DNA of 64,000 bases, from the NCBI RefSeq assembly GCF_006345805.1, contig NC_042997.1, positions 54,126,001-54,190,000 of the forward strand, in the 5' to 3' direction. The position numbers were made by a program, and so were the translations under genes. The stretch comes from Octopus sinensis. Lineage: Eukaryota. The stretch's first letter is position 1. Each line of letters starts with the position of its first letter. A model generated the notes under the pieces. It did no database searches. It was given only the letters and a program-made list of their open reading frames with translations, and was not told where the DNA came from. Below, one piece after another: positions 25,719 through 38,015 of this stretch.

Positions 25719-26028
25719 TACTTAAGCATGACTGTTCTCTAGGAACCAACATAACTGATATTTTTAACTCCAGGAGGACACCTCATCTAGCTGGTTATTC
25801 AATGCAACCTTTACCCAATATATATATTGCAAGCAGAAGGATGACCACAAAGAGGTCAAAACTGTACTGTCTGGTGGTTATGTGGCTAGAAGATGGTAGG
25901 GGTTCACTCCTCTGCTTACAATATATATAGGGGTGCAGACAGCATCGAATAACCAGCTGGAGGAGGCATCCTCCTGGTGTTAAAAATAGCAGTAACGTCA
26001 GTTCCTATGGAACAGTCAAGTTTAAGTG
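25719..26028. mobile_element. MITE with ~85-bp TIRs
   Basis: ACTTAAGCATGACTGTTC...CAGGAGGA...AGCTGGTTATTC mirrored by GAATAACCAGCT...TCCTCCTG...GAACAGTCAAGTTTAAGT. Confidence 0.75.
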
Positions 26029-26203
26029 GCTATAAATGTTACTATTTTTATTCCACTATCTTTACTGCTTAGCTACAAGATATGTTATTTACAAGAGCTT
26101 TAAACACTGTTATCATATTTGCTTACACAATGACAATGTGAAAACATGCTGAAACATTCAAACATACATGCATACATCCACACACACACTTGCACACACA
26201 CTT

Positions 26204-26244
<41 letters not shown>

Positions 26245-26478
26245 CACACATGTTTTATCTTTTACTTGTTACATTTATTGGACTGCAACCATGCTGGGGT
26301 ACATCATACAGGTTTTGGTCGGGCAAATTGACACCAGCATTTATGTTTTCTTTAAGTTGAGTACTTCCATCAGTCTCTTTTACCAAGCCATTAAGTTACG
26401 GGGATGTAAACAAACTAATACTGGTTGTTTTGCAGTAGGTAGTGACAGATAAAAACACAAAGACACACACATACATAT

Positions 26479-26530
<52 letters not shown>

Positions 26531-26595
26531 TAATACAATTGTTCGTTTGTTTTCCACCTGCCTTCGTCTTTTGTTTATTTTCATAAAGCTTCCCG

Positions 26596-26646
<51 letters not shown>

Positions 26647-26692
26647 AACACACACACGCATACATACACACACACACATATGTATATAATAT

Positions 26693-26854
26693 GGCGCAGG
26701 AGTGGCTGTGTGGTAAGTAGCTTGTTTACCAACCACATGGTTCCAGTTTCAGTCCCACTGCATGGCACCTTGGGCAAGTGTTTTCTACTATAGCCTCGGG
26801 CCGACCAAAGCCTTGTGAGTGGATTTGGGAGACGGAAACTGAAAGAAGCCCATC

Positions 26855-26890
<36 letters not shown>

Positions 26891-27128
26891 GTATGTGTAT
26901 GTGTGTGTGTTTGTGTGTCTGTGTTTGTCCCCCTAGCATTGCTTGACAACCGATGCTGGTGTGTTTATGTCCCCGTCACTTAGCGGTTCGGCAAAAGAGA
27001 CCGATAGAATAAGTACTGGGCTTACAAAGAATAAGTCCCGGGGTCGAGTTGCTCGATTAAAGGTGGTGCTCCAGCATGGCCGCAGTCAAATGACTGAAAC
27101 AAATAAAAGAGTAAAGAGTAAAAGAGTA
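26693..27128 (+). mobile_element. SINE family A
   Basis: Full-length; an inverted partial copy lies at 26255-26470. Confidence 0.9.
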
Positions 27129-27149
27129 TGCATGTGTATATATATATAT

Positions 27150-27582
27150 ATTGTGGCACTCCATCAGTTACAACGATGAGGGTTCCAGTTGGTCCGATCA
27201 ACAGAACAGCCTGCTCGTGAAATTAACATGCAAGTGGCTGAGCACTCCACATAAATGTAGATTCAGTATGACACAGAGTGTGACAAGGCTGGCCATTCGA
27301 AATACAGGTACAACAGAAACAGGAAGAAAGAGGGAGAGAAAGTTGTGGTGAGAGAGAACAGTAGAGTTCGCCACCACCCACTGCTGGAGCCTTGTAGAGC
27401 TTTAGGCATTTCGCTCAATAAACACTCACAACACCTAGTCTGGGAAGCGAAACCACGAGCCTATGACCGTGAGTCCACTGCCTTAACCGCTGGAGCATTG
27501 CGCCTCCACACACACACACACACAAATCTGCAATCCTTTGACCACGAGTCCGCTGCCCTAACCACTGGGCCATTGCGCTTCC
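27150..27582 (-). mobile_element. tRNA-derived SINE family D with duplicated head
   Basis: Minus-strand heads GCGCAATGGCCCAGTGGTTAGG and GCGCAATGCTCCAGCGGTTAAG separated by a (CA)n tract. Confidence 0.75.
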
Positions 27583-28084
27583 ACTCTACTGCACATTGCT
27601 GATACTTATTTTATCAATATTAGCTAAAAAAAAAATCCTCTGAACACACAAGCTTTGATCATAGAATCCAAATGTTTCTAAAGGCAATGGTTTGCCACTG
27701 AACAATCATTTTATTATGCCATATCAGATACTATATCAGTAAGCACAAAGAAGTGAAAGAGATTAAAGAACCAAAAAAAGTTGTTATATCTGTCTTGAGA
27801 GAACACTCTGTACATATCTATACATGCATATATGTGTATTAAATTTCAAAGAAAAATTCTGTGTTTAATAGGCTCAAAGTTTCCTTCCTAAAATGTTAAA
27901 TATAATTTCTTCAAATGTAGCTGATTGAAGTTTACCACTCATATATGCACCTGTCTCAGTTTGTTGTAGCCTAAATTTATCAACAAAATATAGTAATCTA
28001 CTAAATTATGCTTGAAATAATAAAAATACAAAAGTAGTTTTTTATAAATATTAAAAACTCTAATTGTAATCTTTTATTTCTTAA

Positions 28085-28549
28085 AAGAAGATTTGAGCGA
28101 TACCGAATTATATACATTTGGAAAATGATAGAGCAAAAGGTGCCAAACTTTGGTATCAAAACCTACCACTCACTGCGCCACGGAAGACGCTGCCAGCTAC
28201 CACCAATCAACAAAAAGGCTGGCCAGGCAGCAAAAACCCTGCGAGAGTCAAGTCTGTTGGTTCGAGGAGCACAACTATTCAACCCCATTCCGGTACATGT
28301 CAGAAATCTATCAGGATGCAGTGTGGAATCATTCAAATTGCAGCTGGATAGATACTTAAGCACCATTAGAGATGAACCCCATCTCCCAGGATATACACAA
28401 CGAGCACAAACTGACTCAAACTCGCTCCTACACATGTCAAAATTAAACAGAGAATACAACCTGGCAACCACACCAGACTCTGAGGGTGGAGTCTTCGACT
28501 TGGCCTGAGCATGGACTCAAACTCAAATGAAATGAAATGAAATGAAATG
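28085..28549 (+). mobile_element. 5'-truncated CR1-group LINE, open C-terminal ORF, (GAAAT)n tail
   Basis: RRFERYRIIYIWKMIEQKVPN...RHGRRC...GAQLFN.IP...FKLQLDRYLSTIRDEP...SNSL; stop at 28508; tail 28523-28549. Confidence 0.85.
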
Positions 28550-28670
28550 ATCTAATGTTTTTTTTTTCTTTTCAAATAGTATTTTAATGTTTTCCTGAAT
28601 TTGTGTTGGTGTGGTAATCTCTAAAAGCAAATAACAAAGATTCCAGAATGAAAGGGAATGACTGCTTTAA

Positions 28671-29364
28671 CTCTTTAGCATTTAAACTGGCCATATAGGC
28701 GCAGGAGTGGCTGTGTGGTAAGTAGCTTGCTTACCAACCACATGGTTCCGGGTTCAGTCCCACTGCGTGACACCTTGGGCAAGTGTCTTCTACTATAGTC
28801 TCGGGCCGACCAAAGCCTTGTGAGTGGATTTGGTAGATGGAAACTGAAAGAAGCCCATCGTATATATATATATTATATATATATATATATTATATATATA
28901 TATATTATATATATATATATATGTGTGTGTGTGTGCGTGTATGTTTGTGGTTCTGTGTTTGTTCCCCTAGCATTGCTTGACAACCGATGCTGGTGTGTTT
29001 ATGTGCCTGTCACTTAGCGGTTCGGCAAAAGAGACCGATAGAATAAGTACTGGGCTTACAAAGAATAAGTCCCAGGGTCAAGTTGCTCGACTAAAGGCGG
29101 TGCTCCAGCATGGCCGCAGTCAACTGACTGAAACAAGTAAAAGAGTAAAAGAGTAAAGAGTAAAGAATATATCTGGCCCATATATTTTACCTGATTTATG
29201 TTTAAACTGGCCAGATCTGACTTCTCATACGTACATTACACTGTCATTCTAAAAATAAACAATCACATCATCAAAACCTCAAAGCTATGAGATAATGCAT
29301 AATTAATTCAAGATAATGTGATTTAAAAAGCATATTTGATAGAGTAATCTGAAATGCAAAAAGG
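28671..29364. mobile_element. piggyBac-like MITE P1 interrupted by SINE A (28698-29166)
   Basis: TTAA|CTCTTTAGCATT ... ATGCAAAAAGG|TTAA; MITE sequence resumes after the SINE tail. Confidence 0.8.
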
Positions 29365-29419
29365 TTAATAGAAGTGGGCAATAAAAAAGGAAGAGTGTAA
29401 GGGCTGAGAGAAGAAAGTT

Positions 29420-29990
29420 GCTGTTAAAAAAACAAACTACAGCACATGATTGTTTAAAGTGATGTAATAGTGCAGATCTGCCTACATAGCATTCTCCTCA
29501 TTATTATCATAACATTCATTTTCAATGCTGTTGTGAGTGGGGCAATGCATTGTCTCTTGTCTCTTATGTCATTTTTTTTGTGAGGCCTCAATTTGCTGAG
29601 CATTGAGTTCACAACTTCTTTCTGTATCTTTCTCGGTTTCACTCTTCAGGTATCTTCCAGCAGTCTTCCAGCATCTGCATACACTGTCTATTCTCACCAT
29701 ATCATCCATACCTGCAGCCATCTGTCCTTGTACAGTTTGCTAGTGGGTTTCTCCCTTTTGCTCCGTATGCCATGCGGGTTTCAATTATTTATTCAATGAC
29801 TCACACTCACCTCATTGCTCTCCAGCCTGCACAGACTTTCCAAATTTATTTCTTATATCTCACTACCAAGCACCATTACACTTCTTATACTCTTTACAGT
29901 TTGCCTTTTGCATCAGAGGAGAAATGCTTTGTAAACAATACAAGTTTTTCTCTCAAGTCAATTTCTACAGTATATATGATATTTTAAGTC
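29420..29990 (-). pseudogene. Decayed RTE LINE fragment
   Basis: Similar in reverse orientation to the C-terminal RTE region at 35950-36420. Confidence 0.55.
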
Positions 29991-30089
29991 TGAGGGTGCA
30001 AGGAGTAACCTGTTGCCCACATAAATTCCATCGGGATTAAGACCATTCGTAAAACACGGTAATAATAATGATGATGATGATGATGATAA

Positions 30090-30698
30090 TAAAATGCCTT
30101 AATGCAATACCAGGCAGTGGCTCTCGTAGCTTCTGATCTTAACTGATTGGAAGTGTTATCATGTACATTGTTTTATCTTGGTATAAAAGATGGGCTACAG
30201 CAAATATTCTGCTCAATACCACAGATTTGCTTGTCAGTTGTTTGACCTTAACCAGTTGAGCATGTCCCTTAGTGGCTGACGATATGTGCATCTCTGATCA
30301 CAAGCAGAAGTAGGGGGGCATCATAGCCATGTGTTGAGAGGGATTTTTGGGGGTTTGAATAATTCACCTCTGGAAACACTGGTGTTTCATTCAACATCAT
30401 TAAACAACCCTTATTCAGGGACCTTTTGAGTGGGATGGGTTACTCGACCAGAAGAAAATTCTAACTGGACCCCACCTACAAGGTCATGTGCTGTTTATCT
30501 TGATATAAGATCACCATGTCGCGCACGTATGGTTGTGATGCATGTGCCAAGTGTACCCTTATCAGATGGGTAGTCATGATGGGTATACTGGGCTTCGTAT
30601 ATTTTACCCCAGTGTCACTTTGACAGCATGCACTGCTCTCTCACTCAAAAATAATAATAATAATAATAACAATAATAATCATAATAATAATAATAATC

Positions 30699-30732
<34 letters not shown>

Positions 30733-31320
30733 TAATAAATGTTCTGATGCAGAACCAGGCAGTGACTCTCATGGCGTCTGATCTTAAGTGATTGGAAGTG
30801 TTATCATGTACATTGTTTTGTCTTGGTAAAAATAGATGGGCTACAGCAAATATTCAGCTCAATACCATAGATTTGTTGTCAATTGCTTGACCTTAACCAG
30901 TTGAGCATGTCCCTTAATGGCTGATGATATGTGCATCTCTGATCTCAAGCAAAAGTGGTGGGGGAGCATCATAGCCATGTGTTGAAAGGAATTCTTCGAG
31001 ATTTGGATAATCCACCTTTGGAAACATGGGTGTTTTGTTCATCATCTTTAAACAATGCTTATTCAGGGACCTTTTGAGTGGGATTGGCTACTCAACCTGT
31101 AGAAAATTCTAACTGGGCCCTGCCTCCAAGGTCATGCACTGTTTATCTTGATATGAGATCACTATGTCATGCGCATATGGTTATGATGCATTGCCTGGTG
31201 TACCCTTATCAGATAGGTAGTCATGATGGATATACTAGGCTTTGTATATTTTACCCCAGTGTCACTTTGGTAGCATGTATTACTCTCTCACTCAATAATA
31301 ATAATAATAATAATAATATT
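30090..31320 (+). repeat. Two tandem ~560-bp copies of a repeat with (AAT)n tails
   Basis: 30090-30650 and 30737-31293 are diverged homologs, each ending CTCTCACTCAA followed by (TAA)n. Confidence 0.88.
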
Positions 31321-31387
31321 GATGATGATGATGATGATGATTTCATTTATTTGCCACATGAGCGAAAATAATGATGATGATAATAAT

Positions 31388-31604
31388 AATCCTTTCTACT
31401 ATAGGCACAAGGCCTAAAATTGTTGGAGAGAGGGCTAGTCGATTACATCAACCCCAGTGTTTCACTGGTATTTAATTTATCAACCCCGAAAGGATGAAAG
31501 GCAAAGTCAACCTTGGTAGAATTTGAACTCAGAATGTAAAGACAGACAAAACACCACTAAGCATTTTGCCTTCCATGCTAATGATTCTGCCAACTCGCCA
31601 CCTT
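31388..31604 (-). mobile_element. SINE family B
   Basis: Reverse complement of family B. Confidence 0.85.
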
Positions 31605-32699
31605 GATAATGATGATGAGGAGGAGGATGATAATGATAATAATACTAACCAATTATAAATGGAATATTAATCTAGACTGACAGAAGAGTTTCTATTTATA
31701 AGAAGTTGACAAATGTATAAATATAAGCTATTCTTTAAGTCAAGGCAAAATACAAAACTAAACCTGAAACTTGTGGCTGAAATAAATGTCAGAAAAACCT
31801 GAAGATATTAATTAGTTATGCTAAATGTTCCAGACTGCATTCCTTCCTACTCTAGAAACACTCAAGCCAATAATGTGTTCTCACATTAAAGGATATTACA
31901 GGTTTCATGTTCTGTGAATTATTTTCCCGTATAACATCAGATAATCATTCTATTATTAAACATAGAAAATATTTCATGTATTTCATTACTCTATCTTTCC
32001 TACAACTGATACAGCTGTAATTTCATAATTTTATTAACTTTGCTAACTCTTCAGTGAAGAGTAACAGAGCTAAACAAAACCTTCAGTTCAGAGGAAGATA
32101 AGAGCAGAAGCAAAACATTGCAACTTGATTCTTGTTTTCCTCATTATTTCTTCTTACAGATATTAGATATAGTGTTTTATTTGAGACTTTCTTTTAGTGT
32201 GTATTTTTCTTTATTTCACAATAAATTCATGTAGACATGTTATTCTTCACCTGTAATTTCTTTAAAGATTACTGTAGAGTTTTACTACAGCACAGCTATA
32301 AAACTCTTCTTCATCTCTTTTCACATCTAGGACATTAAATTTTACTTTCCCTCTTTGCATTTACGTGAAGACCCCACCCACTACTCATGCACCCTTAACA
32401 ATTACTCTACCATCTTATTTATATTGTGATTCCCCATACCTTGAGAATATGCCCTGGAACCTTGCCACCATCTCTCTTTCACTCACACTCACCCTTTTCT
32501 TTCTTGCACTCTCACACACTCGCTCTCTTCCACTCTCTCTCTCTCTCTCTCCTGTTTTCTCCCTCTAACTGGGTAACCATGTATCTCCTCTACAGCAAGA
32601 CACCTGTTTTTGTCCCTCTCATCACTTAGCACAAGGCCACCTCCTGCAATGACCCCTCTCATAAAGGATCTTTGCCTTGCAGGTTACTTGGTGACTCAG

Positions 32700-33175
32700 C
32701 CCGTGCTGGTACCACATAAAAAGCGTCCAGTCCACACTGTAAAGAGGTTAGCATTTGGAAGGGCATCCAGTAGTAAAAACCATGCCAAAACAGATCTTGC
32801 CAGTGCTGGCACCATGTAAAAACCACTATCCATTATGTAAGGTGGTTGGTGTTAGGAAGGGCATCCAGCTGTAAAACCCATGACAAAACAGACAATGAAG
32901 CCTGGTGCAGTCTTCTGGCTTGACATCTCCTGTCAAACCATCCAACACATGCCAGCATGGAAAACAAACTTTGTTGATGATGATGATGATGATGATGATG
33001 ATGACGACGATGATGGTGGTGGTGGTGTGGTGGTGGTGGTGGTGATGATGATGATGATGATGATGATGATGAGGCTGATGATGAGTCTGCTGCTGCTGAT
33101 GATGATGGTGGTGGTGGTGGTGGTGTGGTGGTGGTGGTGGTGGTGATGATGATGATGATGATGGTGATGATAACC
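32700..33175 (+). mobile_element. RTE 3' tail plus expanded (GAT/GGT)n
   Basis: AGGAAGGGCATCCAG motif (duplicated), CATGCCAGCATGGAAAA, microsatellite tail. Confidence 0.7.
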
Positions 33176-33222
33176 ATAAAATGTATTACACTGAAAGTAA
33201 AATTACAATGAAGATGGATTAC

Positions 33223-33294
33223 CTGCAAGTGTTTCAAATCGCGTATAGTGAGCTTCATCATTACATCGTCACCATCTCCCTTACGTAGCAGCAT
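33223..33294 (-). CDS. Candidate first coding exon of a host gene (MLLRKGDGDDVMMKLTIRDLKHLQ, phase 0); exon 33223-33326
   Basis: ctgttttag| acceptor at 33327, in-frame stop just upstream of ATG 33294, CAG|gtaatc donor, non-repetitive CpG-retaining sequence; product not recognised. Confidence 0.5.
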
Positions 33295-34657
33295 GGATTA
33301 GAGAATTACTTCTCCTCACAAAATCACTAAAACAGTGTATGTACAAGACTTTTCAATAATAATTTTTTGCGTTAATTAATCCCATGAATAACAGAATGCA
33401 TAGTTAGAAGATTTATGCATTGTTTACATTAAAAGTATTTCAGGAGTAATTTACTTCATTCTGCTTCTGATTATAGTTAAGAAACTCATAATCCAGTTCA
33501 CCTAAATTTAACCAACTATTTTTACTATATTGTCCATACCAAATATGTTTCATTCATTTGTGTACACCATCTAAAGTTTCTATTGTTAGCTTAATGCTTT
33601 ACCAATGAAATAGCTTACAAAATCATTAAAATACCTTGTAGAAAATTTTTGTGTTGGTAATTAGGCTATTAGTGCCAGCAGTATACTTCTATGAATCTCT
33701 GGGTAAGCACTTCCTTTTCAGTAATTGAGCTCAAAATCCATGAACTTTATCAGCAGAATCAAACACAACTTGCATTACTTTTAAATATTTTAAATATACT
33801 TTTTGTATTAAGTAGAAAAGTTAAATAAAACCCATTTTTGGAAGCACAGAAAAATTAAATATTTATGTGAAGCAGTTTAATAGAAATCAAAATTAAGACC
33901 ATGAATTAATAAAAAAAAAAAACATTTCAGTGCCACATAGAAAGCACCCACTACACTCTGTGAAGTGATTGGCATTAGGAAGAGCATCAAGCCATAGAAG
34001 CTATGCTAAAGAAAATACAGGAGCTTGGTGCAGTTCTCTGACATGTCAGCTCTTGTTAAGCTGTCTGAGCCAATGCCAGCATGGAAAACATAAGTTAAAC
34101 ATTGAGGATGGTGATGATGGTGAATGCTATGACTTACATAATTTTTCGAGTTGATATTATAGAACACAACTGATAGAAGAGAAAAAGTGTGAAATGTTTA
34201 TTTACAAGGGCTATTAAAAAGCAGTTCAGTGAATGTTAGTAGGGTACTAAACCTAAAAGAATCTTAGAAAATCAGGTCAGGTTTCTTATGAAGCTGATTT
34301 AGCTGTTCATGCAAAAATAGAGCTGTCATTATTATATCATATGTAGCATGTTAATACATGAAATCAAGCCATTGAAAGCAACAAATTGACGTAAAGAAAA
34401 TCCTTCAAATTGTTAAATGATCTCTTTGAAAATATTTTTCATCTTTCTTTCTTTCAAGTAATATTGTCAGTCCATTTCAAAATTCCTTGCATTCAGTGTT
34501 GAGAATATGACAGAATGACAAAGACAACCCCTGCTGGATTTGAAATGGGAACATGAAGAAACATACCACAAGGCATTTTGTTCAGTAGTCAACTCATTCG
34601 AACATCCACCACTCATAAGTTCATGTTTATTAAAGTATTAATAATTGTATGTTGTTG

Positions 34658-34830
34658 GGGCAGATGTAGCTGTGTGGTTAAGAAGCTCACTTTGCAACCA
34701 TATAGGCTTGGGCTCAGTCCCACTATGTGGTACCTTGGGCAAGCATTCTTCTATTATAACCTCAGGCCAACCAATGCTTTGCAAGTGTATTTGATGGACA
34801 GAGACTGAGTGGAAACCCATTGTGCATGTA
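34658..34830 (+). mobile_element. SINE family A head/core, old
   Basis: Diverged head and CCTTGGGCAAG core. Confidence 0.7.
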
Positions 34831-34838
34831 TGTATGTA

Positions 34839-34877
<39 letters not shown>

Positions 34878-34951
34878 GTGTGTGCGTGTATGTGTGTGAG
34901 TGTGTTTGTGTGTGTGTGTGTGTATGTATGTGCGTTTGTATGTATGTATAT

Positions 34952-34952
<1 letters not shown>

Positions 34953-34983
<31 letters not shown>

Positions 34984-35270
34984 TATTTAACGTCTGTTGT
35001 CCATGTTGGCAGGAGTTGAATGGTTTGACCAGGGCTGGTAAGCTGGACGGCTACATCAGAGTTCAGTCTGATTTGGTATGGTTTTCTATGGCTGGAGTGT
35101 AACAGGTGCTCCAACAGTGTAATGGGTGCTTTCACATGCCACCGCCATGGGTGCCATTTGTATGACACCTGTATCTGCAATTTTGCTTGGCTTGATGGGT
35201 CTTCTTCTCAAGCATGACATAATGCCAAAGGTCTCAGTCATTGCCTCTGTAAGACCCAACACTCAAAAGG
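34953..35270 (-). mobile_element. RTE 3' end fragment, inverted relative to its neighbour
   Basis: (CAT)n plus reverse complement of the RTE tail and ORF end. Confidence 0.75.
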
Positions 35271-36750
35271 AACTTGGCCACTTTTACCTGGAAGCTAGGG
35301 ATACATGACCGGTTTGTGAGAGCTGTACAAATCATGTACAGGGATGCTGATAGTAAAATGAAAGTTGGCAATGAGTATAACAATGAATTCAGTGTACAGG
35401 TAGGAGTCAACCAAGGATCAGTTCACAGTCCACTCTTGTTTATCTTAGTCTCCCAGGACTTAACAGAGGAACTGAAGACAGGCTGTTCCTGGAAGCTCCC
35501 CTAAAAGGATGACCTTGTTCTTATAGCTGAATTACTGCCTAATCTAGAGAAGAAAGTTCAGGTGTGAAAGCAAAGCCTTGAATCTAAGGGCCTTAGAGTT
35601 AATTTAGCAAAAACCAAAGTCCTAGTAAGTAAGAAAACAGACAAATCACAAGTACCTTCTGGGAGATGACCCTGCTCAATACGTAAGAAGGGTTTTAGTA
35701 GAAACTTCATACATTGTATGCAGTGCAAGCTTTGGACACATAGGAGATGTAGTGGTATCACAGGAAGGTTAACGGAGAATATATTGTTTTTGTGTGTGAC
35801 AAATATGCAGGTACAATAAGCACTAAAAATACACAGACAAAAGATTCCCTCAAATGTTCAGGGGGATAATTAGAAGTAGTAGATAACTTCTTTTACCTTG
35901 GAAACCAAGTTAGCTGTGGTGGAGGAAGTTCTGAAAGTGCTTGAATAAGAACATGTTGGGCAAAGTTCAGAGAGCTTCTACCTTTGTTGGTAACTAAGGG
36001 CCTCTCCCTCAGAATGAAAGGCAGATTGTATGATGCCTGTGTACATACAGCTATGCTACGTGGCAGTGAAACATGGGCTTTGACTACAGAGAGCTTGTGA
36101 AGGCTTGAAAGAAATGAAGTTAGCATGGTCTGGTGGATGGGTAATATCAATGTGCATACACAACAGAGTGTAAACAATTTAAGAGGAAAACCGAGTATAA
36201 GAGACATCAGATGTTATGTGCAAGAGAGAAGACTGTGCTGGTTTGGTCATGTGATGTGTATGAATGAGGACAGCTGTGTAAAGAAGTGCTGAGCTGTAAT
36301 TGTGGAGGGTACCTGTGGAAGGGGTAGACCCATGAAGATATATGAGAAAGGATCTTTGGATGCTGGACTTCACTCGAAATGACAAGGGACTTGGAGATGT
36401 GGTGATTTGCTGTACTTGACAAGACACATTAAGCTAAGTAAAATCTTCCTCATACATGCTTGTCCTTTTAGGTGCCAGTGCCACATAAAGAGCACCCACT
36501 CATGCCGGTGCCACATAAACACACCTGTGCTGGTATTGCATAAATGCACCTATGCTGGTGGCACATTAAAAGCGCCCAGCACACTCTGTTAAGTAGTATG
36601 TGTTAGGAGGGGCATCCAGCTGTAGTAACCATGCCACAACTGACAATTGAAGACTGGACATCTTCCAGCTGGCCAGTTCCATGTCAAACCATCCAACCCA
36701 TGCCAGCACGGAATATGGTCATTAAACGATGGCAAGGATTATGATGATGT
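35271..36750 (+). mobile_element. 5'-truncated RTE-clade LINE
   Basis: VGVNQGSVHSPLLF...DDLVL...GLRVNLAKTK...KGRLYDACVHTAMLRGSETW...WFGHV; GGTGCCACATAAA subrepeats; (GAT)n tail. Confidence 0.92.
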
Positions 36751-36928
36751 GTTTTAGTAGACAGTAGTAGGGGCCGTCCAAGGAAAATTTTACATTTGCT
36801 TGTTTGTCTTGACAATGTGATGTTTCACGGAAATGTCTCAAGGTTGTGATAAATGGTGATACCCCACTCTTTATACTCATTCAACCCATTTGAGCATGGG
36901 CAAAAATGATGATGATGATGATGGTGAT

Positions 36929-37732
36929 GAGGAGGAGGAGGAGGAGGAGGGGGATATGGTAGTGGTGGTAGTGGTGGTAGTGGAATTAGTAGTGAAGTTG
37001 GAATTGGTGGTGACAGTAGAATCCGTAGTAGCAATCGTGGTGATGATTGGTGATGATGGAGACAATGGCATTGGCAATGATGTTACTGCTGCTGCTGCTG
37101 ATGATGATGATGATATGATAATGATGACAATGATGATGATGGTGGTGGTGGTGGTGGTGGTGGTGGTGGTAACACAAACATAGACAAGTAGGTTTACATC
37201 TATGCACTTACATACACAACTGAACATAAAATCTTGCATCAAACAAGCTGCTCATGTATTTTTAATTATTAACATTATTATTGCATAGCTGGATACCAAG
37301 ATTGTTTTACTTATTTTCTTCTTTTTTTTCTTTCTCTTTCCATTTTTAAAAATTTTTTTGTGTCAAGTTTTCTGACAATAACATCTGTTAATTCCCTTTA
37401 GGTCTCTCTTTAACTGCAGTTAAGTACCCAGGGAAAATATCAGATATGATTTTCCTGCCGGAATATGAATATTCCATTGTGAATGAGAGATGTTAACCAT
37501 CTCAATTAAGTAGATCATATGCAAAATGAAACGAAAGTAACTGTTATCATAATAGCCGAAATTTATGGTAAAGTGCTAATGTCTTGAGAAACTATTTAAT
37601 TCAGTCAAGTTTTCACACAACTAGCTTTCAGAGAATGATCTCTAAAATAATAAAACTAATAATATGTATCAAATATCAAATTGATGACATATGTTATTCA
37701 AATGGTGCTTTATATCTGTGTATATGATTGCA

Positions 37733-37763
<31 letters not shown>

Positions 37764-37961
37764 ATGTGTATACAAAGATAAAAACACACACACACACACA
37801 TATATATTACTAAACTTCATGCATATGAGTGTGTAAGTATTCATACAGACACACACATACACATGCACACATGCACAAACACACAGATGCAGATATAGCT
37901 ATACACACAGGTGCACATGCATGCACATGTAAATAGGTAAATATGTATGAGAGATGCATAC

Positions 37962-38015
<54 letters not shown>

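Noticed and set aside
36470-36590. Short spaced GGTGCCACATAAA repeats resembling a CRISPR-like array
   Set aside because: Degenerate subrepeats in the RTE 3' UTR of a eukaryote; spacers short and related
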